Shown piece by piece: positions 54,190 through 64,000 of a DNA stretch of 64,000 nt. The DNA is from Podarcis pityusensis. Lineage: Eukaryota. Position 1 is the stretch's first letter. Every line of letters starts with the position of its first letter. A model generated the notes under the pieces. It saw only the letters and a program-made list of their open reading frames with translations, was not told the DNA's origin and ran no database searches. The position numbers and the translations under genes were made by a program. Where the stretch lies: assembly GCA_964106645.2 (NCBI GenBank), contig OZ067038.1. One strand, written 5' to 3'.

Positions 54190-57100
54190 CTCTAGAGAAT
54201 CCCCAAGCTCTAAATAAACACAGGCAGATGCAACAAGCCTTTCTTCCCTTTTGCCTAGGTAGATCACAATCTGCTGGTGAGATCTGAGTGATCTGCAAGA
54301 ATTCTGACTCCCAATCCTTTAACAATAGGAATGACACACTCCCCTTCTCCCCTCTAAATTAGGCTGCTGAGATTAAGAAAGCTGCAGGAGGGGAACCAGC
54401 AGTTGATTTGTGTCCAACTGGACTGTGAGCTTAGTTCTGCTACTGAAAGTGTTCCAACAACGTTCTACCAGAATCACACTGCCACTCTTTTGCTCCAGTT
54501 GGTGGACCTTGGGTGTCTTCTAAAAAGCCAAATACACATCCCACAATCCTGAAGTCTGGCCGCTTCTAGCCTAAGCTTATTTTCTAAGATTTTCTGTAAA
54601 ATAAACAGGCATCCCACTTCACTTGAATTCTAGCTTGTTTTATGGCCCTGGGGCTCCACTGGCTTGGGCCTAAGCACCTGGGCTTGACTGGATTCATGAG
54701 ACAGGCTATCAGCAACCCCAATACTTTTGAAAGTAGAACTCTGCAGTTGTCACCATGAGCTACATTTTCTCTCATGCATGCACTTCACTGCTGGTGAATG
54801 ACATGGAAAGTTCCATCAAACTCTTACTACAATGTACACAGAAACAACAAAGCTGCCTTATACTATGGACTCGTCTAGCTAACTACCTGTCAACCCTGAT
54901 TGGCTACATATCTGTAGGATCTTGAGCAGAGATCTCTCTCAATCCAACCCATGGAGATCTTTTAACTGCAAATGTCAGGAACTCAGCCCAGAGACCTTTC
55001 AGCATCTAAAGAAAATGCTCTACCACTGAAGCACTTGGGGAGGGGAACAGATGCCCCAGGAAACAAAGCAAGGGTTTTTGCATCAAAATACAGCAGTGAT
55101 ACATCCTTAAATTCCACTTGTACAAGGTAAACATATCAAAGGAGTGACTAGAGCATCATTTGTTTGCCAGACTAGTGCTTTGATTTGAACCCAAATGATA
55201 TGAGGCTTTAGAGATGAATAATTCACACAAATACAAGGGGAAAAGGTTTGCTGGCACCAAAAGCAAAATTAGAGAGAGAGAGACTCAATTAGCAGATGCC
55301 TTCCAGGAAAAACAAAATAAATTACCTGTGGGCTCATAGGAAAGAACTGCAGCGTGGAACAAAGGCAGCAAAAGCAAATACACAGAGTTTTATAAGCATA
55401 TTGGGGGAAAGGGAAGCAAGGAGGGGAAAATAAGAGGAAGAATCACAAAAGACAAAGTGCATTCAACTCTAGATATAAGGGGAAAGGAGGCTTGCAAGGA
55501 AGGCGTGGCAGACACAAGAAACAGAGGCTTGCAAAACAAGTAGGAGCCACACAAACACTGGTGTCCCTTCCAAAACTACAAATCCCAGCATGCCATGCTC
55601 ACTTGCTTGCATTATCAAAGCCAATCCCATGCATTCCTGAAACAGCATTTTAAATTAGCTCATCCTTCCTGGGAAGCTGATTGGATAACCATCCTAAGAG
55701 CTAATGATTCCTCAGACAGCTTTTGAAAAAGAAAGCTTCCTCTCTTTGAAAAAATGTTTGGCCTGTTCTATGCTGGATGATTTCTGTCCATATGAAGGTG
55801 TGATTGCTTAGGAATTGTTCAAGGCAGTCTATTAAACAATTTCCATGCAAACCTGGATATAGGAGTTAGCTTCATTTTACCTTACCCATTAAATAAATAA
55901 GATGCAACAAAATCCCTGCAAGAGGCTATGGGGTGGAGGGAACAGACTATAAAAAACCCCATCTAGAACAGCCACCCCACCTGGTGCCCTCCAGATATTT
56001 TGGACTACAACTTCCATCCTTGATAACCTCTGACCACGCTGGCTGGGGCTGTAGTTCAGCAAGATCTGGAGAGCACCAGGTTGGGAATGGCTGATCTATG
56101 CAAAGCTGGTGGCAGCTTACGAAAGCATGTGGTGTATCCCAGGAGATCAAGCTTTGTTGAAATGCACACATCAGTTTTATAAAAGGATATGTGTGAAGAC
56201 CCGAGTTACGGTGTTCTGTCACATACCTATCTTCCCATTGCCTTTAGGCCACCAGATCTGTATACTTGTAGCTGAATGCTGACATCAGAATTGTTTAAAC
56301 AAAATATGGATGATCCTGAGGAAGTTGGTGCATGCAGACCTCTTATTTTCCCCACTGAGCTTTTCTGAGTTTAGTCGCACTTATTTATGCAATAGGAAGG
56401 TGCTACAGTAACAACAGCTTTTTGCTAGTAAGGGGGGAATCTTCAGCACAAGCAATCAGACTGTTAGTCCATTTCATACTAATGTGACAACGGAAAAGAG
56501 AGAAAGAGGCAATGCAAAGGGAAATTTGTATTCCAAGCACAGGTGCATCAGCTAGCCAGATGCTTTGTTAGAGGGTATTTTCACACATCAAGACACTTTT
56601 TCTAGATCAGCTCAATGCTGATCTATTTCATGCAGTATTAAATTGGCAAACTCATACACAATTCATAGGCAAATACCATTTCGGGTGGCAGTGGTAGTTT
56701 TTTTAAATTAAAAAAAATCAAATTGATATAAATCACTGGGTCATATTGTACAGAGACATTCTCAGAGCAGACCCACGAAATGGTGTGGGGTTTTTTACGC
56801 ATAGAATTATTTTTGTTGACGACGTTTTTCACTGTGAAATGGCTTCAACATATTTTATGGGAAGTGATTCATAAATGGAATCAAATAAATAAATACAATG
56901 CTGCACCACAAAACTGGCTCTGCTTGGGCCAACGTTGTAAACGAATGCACGCAAATAAGATTTGAAATGAAAGTAAGTTTTTTTTATACACCAGAGGAAG
57001 GTACCAGGAAAGAAAAAAAGGTAGGACGAGATGGGCTCATAACACACCTTTAAATTGAACTCTCAGCAGTCGCACAATGCGGGCCTGCTATCCTACGACA

Positions 57101-57630
57101 CTTAAATATCTCTTGTACACCCACCCTCACCCCATCAGTTCAGGGTATCGGTTTATTGGCCACAGTGGCCTTGGTATGGGGCATCACTCATCTCTGCAAC
57201 AGACATGTTCATAGGGAACCGAAGTGCCTCTGCCCGCAGCAGGCTTCTTTCACCTGTGATGTTGCCACTGCTGTCACTATAGGGCTGGCTGGGATTGGGC
57301 ATGGGAGTATGAAGGGAAACCACAGCAGAATGACGGGTGGGGCTGTGCAGAGCGAAAGGAGAACCAGTGTGACATAGCGATGAAGAGTTCAAATCCCCGC
57401 TCAGCCATGAAGCTCACTGGGTTGTTGTGAGGATAAAATGGGGAGAACCTTGTACACCCCCTTGAAGGAGAAGGTGGTATATAAGTGTAACAAACAAACA
57501 AACATGTGCATGCTTTTTTATGACAAACACCAGGACACTTGTGAGAAGTGAAAGGCAATGGTGTGAGAACCCTGGAAAATACAGTCTGTCAAACTGAGGG
57601 GCTCTTTGCTAGTTATTAGTGGCTGCTTAC

Positions 57631-57705
57631 CTGCTGGTAGTAGATATAGGCCAGGATTCCAGCAATTACCTCAAGCAGGAAGATGCACAGCAGCAATATA
57701 AAATA
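57631..57705 (-). CDS. CD151: CD151 coding exon 3 (TM3)
   Basis: YFILLLCIFLLEVIAGILAYIYYQQ; 75 nt; ttttttgcag acceptor, CAG|GTAAGC donor. Confidence 0.97.
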
Positions 57706-60700
57706 CTGCAAAAAAAGCAAAATGACATGTGTTAGAATAGACCAGAGCATAATGTCACCACCGGTGAAAGGCAGCCCTATGCAAATCTTCGAGGAAATGC
57801 TCAAAACTAACAAATCGATTGCACTTCCTCCCTAAGAAACATAGACTGGCAAAACAAGCAGAGGTGGGTGCCAACGCTTGAAAGCCCAGAGAATGGGCAG
57901 CACGGAAGGGGAAAGTAACTTGCTGGGATCCAGTGGCACAGCTAGAGATGAAATGTTGGGTTCAGTAGATTCAGCAACAAAAACCAGTGTAGTTAACATA
58001 TGAAGCTGCCTTACGCTGACTCAAGTCCACCCAGCCCAGCATGGTCTACTCAGATATGCAATGGATCTCCACAGCCGTCTTTCATAGTCCTGCTACCTGC
58101 AACGCTTTTAACTGGAAATACCAGGGATTGAGACTCAAATATTCCTGCATGCAAAGCACGAGTGACTGATCCTCGGTTCATCCCTGGGCGGTTTTCACAG
58201 CTGTGGTTCCTACTTCTCTCCTGCCAACGCCACTTGTCTTGAAACGCAAGCCCTCCAAAGCGACATCATTAGGAGCTCATCACAAGCTTGTTAGGGGGCA
58301 GTGGAATGCTTCCTTGGTGAGGGCAGGGAGGGTTTCAGAATAGCTGGGCTTCTTGCAGGGAGGGCTCTCCCAAGTGGGCAAGAGTCAGCAACATGCCTGC
58401 AGCAGCACAGGGGCAGCTTCCGGAACTTTGGACTGAACCGTCAAAGAATAAAACCAGGGACAGGGTGCAACACAGAAGAATTTCCCTGCCCCAGTTGCTC
58501 AGAGACCCCCTAAAGCGGACCATTCTGCTAACAACCAACCCAGAACTTGAGCAAGGCTTGGATCGTTCAGAACTCATGGCACGTTACATCACTAAGCTTA
58601 TGACAGTCTGAGCTGTACATGTACCATCAGCAACAGAATTAGAATTAATATAATGGGAGAAATCTGAAATGTATTTGCTTGGAAACTCTTTGTATACAAG
58701 TATCAGCCACCGGCATTATGGTACTTAGCCACACACAATTACTGATAATGTGTTTTTTGGTATTGCAGTTTCAGTGACACGGGTGCTACACACACCACAA
58801 CCTAGTCTATTGGCTATAATAGACTGCTTTTTACAAGCCCATGTCAGCAGCCAGCAGGATCCCTGCAAGTCCCAGGGGAGACTTCTGCAGCACCATGCAG
58901 GCAAACCCTGACTTAGGACACCCAAAGACCATCCTGCAAATCCCCTGCCATTGGAGTTAAGGCAGGTAGTGACTAGGCAAGGATCTTCTCAGTTGTGGTG
59001 CCCTATCTCACAGAGTGTTTCCAACCGCTGGAAAACCTATGAAGTTCTATGCTGCTCTTGAAAAGTTTTTTTAAAGACCAGCATGTGTGTTTTTTATGCT
59101 CCTTAATAACTGCCTTTCAATCTTTCATCTGAGGGATTTAATTTTCTTATTTACTTCCTTTGCCAGCTGCCCTGGAAATACACACTAGTGAAGGTCATAG
59201 CAAAATGTTATTTAACTGAACAGTAAAAGTTAGAAGGGTTTCTCTGCCAGGCGGTCTTCAGTCTGTGAGCACACCACACCAGCCATTCACTCACCCCACC
59301 AAGTGCTGCTGAAGCCTCAGACCAACTGCATGCTTGGACAAGGTATCCCTTTCATACCATGAGAATGAGTAACCTATCAGCACTCTGGCTAACCAAAATG
59401 GGAGACTGAAATTGAACAGAAACACACCTTAACCCAAGGGACCGCTTGCTTTCTTTCTTTTAGGAGACAAGTTAGGCAGAGCTACTGACATCATCCCTTT
59501 GTCCAGCTTGTACATTAAGGAAAGAGGAAACAATCAACTAAGGAGCTGGAAAGTTGTAATTTCCAGTGCTTGTGTTCTCACATTGTCCCCTTTGAAAGTA
59601 CACTCCTCCTCCCACAACCAGACCACTGAGGAGATATATCTATATGTATATTTCTCCAATGGCAGAACGATCAGGGCTGATAGAAAAGTTCAGATTTAAA
59701 ACAGCACAGCTGTAAGACATCTAATATATATAGAAGCACATTTCTTCTTTAAGAGGTGAGGTTGGAGCAGGAGGACAGAATCCATCAGAGTTCCTATTAG
59801 TCAAAGAGAGCTGCCTTTGGGGCAGGGAGGTGATGATACTCCACAACTGGGGAGGAAGATCAGTTAAATATCCTATGTGAATCATCTACTGGAGTACCTC
59901 CAAAATAAAGTTTTATGGAAGTCATATCATATGATCTGAGTTGGAGGGGTGGGGGGGGAGGAGAGGGGGAGAGAGATAGAGAGAGACCCCACACTTTCTA
60001 ATTCAGTGGGTCATCTACATACAATCATCATTATAAAGGAATATCTTCTAGCTTTCAATCATTATGGCTATAAAATAACACAACCGACACATCACTTCTC
60101 AAACTTTCATTCATCATGATGATCCACGAAGACTATTCTTACATATGACATTCTGTACTGAGCATCAAGATTATGACACTGAAAGAAACTGGGGTTACCT
60201 AGTGCAAAGTGGCCCTCTAGACTTCCCTCCAGCTGCGTTGGACTACAGCTCCCATGGTGGTGGCTGGGGCTGATGGGAGTTGTAGTCCAACGCAGCTGGA
60301 GGGAAGGCGCCAGGCTGACGAAGGCTGGGATATGGGCTTAAGCTCAGGATTGGCAGAAGCCTTTGAGCCAACTCTGCCTGGCTGGCCACAAAGTGTTTGT
60401 TGTGCATGCTGCTTAACTAAACCGGAGGCCAAGAGACAGGCGACAATAGATCTGTCACAACCAGCCACTCAGGGGAGGGGAGAATGGCCACAAAAGGCTC
60501 TTTTGTTCCCGAGAGACAATCATTAGTTTTCTGTGGCAAAACAACAAAAAAGGACTGTACCAAATTTTTCATCTGTAATTGCTGGCTTGGAAAGACAGAA
60601 ACAAAAAGGGAGAAGTCTTCCACACACTGGGCCATTGTGTGCCTGCCAAGAGGGATTGGTATGGTCTACAGGTCATGTCAGCTCCAGTATCATCACAAGC

Positions 60701-61303
60701 CATGAGAAATACCACTTCAGAAATATCATAGCGCTTTCTTTGTCCTTACTGTACGGTGTCCCTGCGAAAGAGGCCTCCGCCTCACACCTTCCTTTTTCAT
60801 GGCTGCACTGGCAGAGAACCAACACATTTACTTGGAGCAAGCCTACTTTTCACATTATACTCTGACATACTTTCTGCAACACAGGTATTTCTGTTGATGT
60901 CAGAAAGAGGAGCATATGAAGGATCTCATAGGAACACAGGAAGATGCCTTACACAAGTCTAGCCATGCCTCTGAACACTAGTTGCTGGAAACTGCAGGTG
61001 GGCAGAATGCTCTTGAGCTTAGGTCCCGCTTGTGGGCTTCCCAGAGGCATCTTGCTGGGATGCTCGGCTTGATGGGCCACTGGCCTGAGCCAACAGGGGT
61101 TATGTTCACTGGTCCATCTAGTTCAGTATTGCAGACACTGATTGGCAGTAGCTTCCCAAGGGCTGAATTAGTGGTGGGTCTCCCCACCCAAACATTTCTC
61201 TCTTTCTGTCTTAACCCCTATTTCCCTGCTACAATTTACCATGGCTCTCCGTGTCGATCCCTGCCTACACTGAGTTCTTTCCACTTGCTCAAAGAACACT
61301 CAC

Positions 61304-61495
61304 CACTCTCAGGAGGCTCCGCTGCTCCCTGAATGTAGCACAGCAGCCCAAGATGCCGGTGATCATGACCACAACGCCTGCCACCACCAGGATGTAGGCT
61401 GTTGCCATGTATGTATTGGACTGCAGGAGGCTTATGTAATCGCTCTTTTCAGCCAGGGTCCAGATGCCCACTGCCATCACGGCTCCACCTGCCAG
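61304..61495 (-). CDS. CD151: CD151 coding exon 2 (end of TM1, small loop, TM2)
   Basis: [64 protein letters not shown]; 192 nt; AG/GT boundaries. Confidence 0.97.
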
Positions 61496-62061
61496 CTTAA
61501 GAGAGAAAGGAAGATAATGAGTCATCAGTAGTGGTTCACCAAGATCTGATTCAGGGTCTCTTGGCAGAGGGGCTCCTGCTGATCTCAATGAGGATCTAAG
61601 TTCAAGTGAAGCACCTTTTCACTCTTATCCTTGCCTATCACACTGCTTCGAAGATTTCTAATGGTCACTTTTGATGGAAGCTATGGGAAGGGTAGAATAA
61701 AGAAAGGCCTATCTATGTGTAGAGGGCCTCCAGCCCTCCTGGAACTTACCACTTCAGAAGGGAATCTGGGGATAACCCAGTGGAATGCTCCCCTATGGCT
61801 ATGCTATCAACACCCCATCTTCAGAAAGCTATCAGGGAGAAGTTCTAACCTAGCACTCACATCAATGTAGCTGTGCTTTTTGTGAAATAAAGGAGAAGCT
61901 AGAAGCTAAGCTCCAACTATCTGCTAATTTTGGAGCAGACTGGCTGTTCTCTTTAAATCATGCAGAAGAGCATTAAAAGTCTATCCAAATCGCCCCATTG
62001 CTCCAGGATACTCCCAATTTCACAGCACAAATCAGCAAAATTACTAAAGCTGGCTCCTTAC

Positions 62062-62145
62062 CCAGAAAAAGAAGTTGAAGATGAAGAGGAGATATTTGAG
62101 ACAGATGGTCCCACATGTTTCCTTGTTTTCAGAGTAGTCACGCAT
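62062..62145 (-). CDS. CD151: CD151 tetraspanin coding exon 1
   Basis: MRDYSENKETCGTICLKYLLFIFNFFFW; donor TGG|GTAAGG. An acceptor cttttccacag at 62164 implies an 18-nt 5'UTR portion (62146-62163) and an earlier non-coding exon. Confidence 0.95.
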
Positions 62146-62659
62146 TGTCGCAATTTAGCAGGGCTGTGGAAAAGCTTCAAGAAAAGGGAAGACTTCTGTT
62201 AGAAAACCCTTTCCCCCTTTGACACTCAATGGGCAACTGTCAACTGGCTTTCTTCTGTATTCAACCACCACTCTTAAGAGGCATTGCCAAGATGTAACTT
62301 AAGAAACACATAAGGGGAAAAACATGGCTGGTAATACTGCAAGCCCACCCTGTCAGTTCCAGGACAGGTCAATGGAAGCTGCTTTGTATCCAGTCAGACC
62401 ACTGGTCCATCTGTTGTCTACACTGACTAGAAGTGGGTCTCCAGGGACTGACCCTGGAGGAACCTTCTGCATGCAAAACAGATGCTTTACCACTCAGCTA
62501 CAGCCCTTTCCCTACTATTACCGCTGGTGCTAAGATCACTATGTGCCAGGGCACATCTCCACCAATCTATGGCCCCCTGCCTATACTAGGTGTGTGGTCA
62601 TATGGCCAAAAGTCTTCTTCAAGGTAGACTGGGTTCAGGCTATCCAAAATTTCATAAGC

Positions 62660-62778
62660 CAGAAATGGGGGAACCTGTTGTTGGACTACAACTCCCCTCA
62701 ACCCTGGCAACTGGCCATGCTGGCCGGGGCTGATGGGAGTCCAGAGACATCCAGAGAGCCACAGGCCCCTCATCCCTG
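62660..62778. mobile_element. hAT MITE
   Basis: TSD TCATAAGC / TTATAAGC; palindromic ggactacaactccc...gggagtcc core. Confidence 0.8.
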
Positions 62779-63634
62779 TTATAAGCTTTCACTAGCACCT
62801 TGGATTGTGCTGGAAAACCACAAAAACCCAGAGCACAGGCATAGGAGAAATCATCTTGCTCAGGTTCCCCTAATGGCGCAGAGCTAGAAACAGCAGCCCA
62901 CTCCTGGATTTCATGTGCAGTTAAGTGTTTGGTGCAGAGAAATTTTCCCTTTTTCCCTCCCTCACATGATTCGGAAGCTATGTGACCTCCTCAGGAATTG
63001 GTACATGACACTGGGGGCAGGAGGAGATTCCCAGAATGGGAATGTTTCCATGTCTGAGCCATCTCAGTCTGTCCCTTTTACCCAATTATGCAAGGAAAGT
63101 TTTATTCTTTTTCTCTTAGGATATGTGACAGCATAGCTGGCAGCAAGCAGGGTTCACAAGCAAAGGGGAGAGGCTGAGAGATGACAGCATACATCCAAGA
63201 TAGTAAAAGGGAGAGAACAACAAGGCTCCTTCCTTGGCTTCCTGACAGCCCAGTCTTCATGAGAAATTACCGCACAGCTCTGCCAAAACATAAAAAGGAG
63301 CTTCAGAGGCATCCATTTGTCCTCAAAGATCCCACTCTCATCCCCTGCTCCCCCCCACCGGCTCGGGATATACTGCTTGTATAAGATGAGAGATTTACTG
63401 TCCCCAGGACAAAAAACAAAATCCTTTTGTTTATCTATAGATAGAACAGATTATATCAACAATTGAAACAGACATACGTGCTACAAAAATAAACTGGCTT
63501 TGCTGTCATGATCCCCCCCCCCCCAAAAAAAAAACAGGATCCTAGAAACTACAGTTTTCCCTGTCTGGCACTTTGGACACCTTCCCATTTCTGTGGGCTT
63601 TCCCCCAAGGGTTTGTTAAAGAAATGCTCTGCAA

Positions 63635-63990
63635 CCTTTTTGATGTTAAGCACCAGGCATCTGGTTCCATTCTGGTTCAAGCAGAGGATCCCCTCTCAGT
63701 GCTATAGGCCCAGCTTATCCCAAAACATTCCCCAATGCCCCAAACACCTTAATCTTTCTTCCTGTGTAACCATCTCATCTACACATAGAGACAGCTCAGT
63801 TTCACTTAACCAACTCACCCTGCACATGGAACAGGGTGGCATTTCAGAGAAAGCTACCACCTCAGAGGTTGTGGTCTTCAATGTTACCTTCCAGTTCTGC
63901 ACAATTACAGTTCTCCTTCTCACGGGTGCATACCTGCTCACACAAACACTGACTTCCTCCTCTGCACAATCTAACAGGCTATCTAAACTA
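63635..63990 (-). mobile_element. CR1 ORF1 (SGNH esterase-like) decayed fragment
   Basis: Minus strand reads LDSLLD.AEEE...VAFSE...HWGMFWDKLGL*...LNQNGTRCLVLNIKKV, resembling CR1 ORF1. Confidence 0.7.
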
Positions 63991-64000
63991 TGGGTGGCAC

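Noticed and set aside
45397-62145. Assignment as TSPAN11 rather than CD151
   Set aside because: The ETCGTICLKYLLF start, [10 protein letters not shown] loop, C-terminal tail and adjacency to POLR2L all fit CD151.

Overview
This is vertebrate genomic DNA, not prokaryotic. The repeat families point to a squamate, probably a lacertid lizard (inference). Two convergent spliced genes can be rebuilt from the sequence. POLR2L (RPB10) is on the + strand: coding exons 571-665 and 6586-6694, 67 aa, polyA signal 7003-7008. The tetraspanin CD151 is on the - strand: seven coding exons from 62145 down to 45397, 252 aa, probable polyA signal 42854-42859. The 5' non-coding exons of both genes appear to lie outside the window. 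About 36 kb separates their 3' ends, with no recognisable protein-coding gene. That interval holds decayed LINEs (CR1, L2, L1, Penelope), SINEs, many hAT, Tc1/mariner and Harbinger MITEs, microsatellites and several blocks that look like conserved enhancers. Almost all ORFs in the supplied track look spurious. I could not establish a novel biological system. The best leads are a speculative two-exon minus-strand unit with a promoter-like head (21838-24520), a long fold-back element beside a CD151 exon (52986-53662), a microsatellite acting as a CD151 polypyrimidine tract, and the enhancer-like intergenic blocks.
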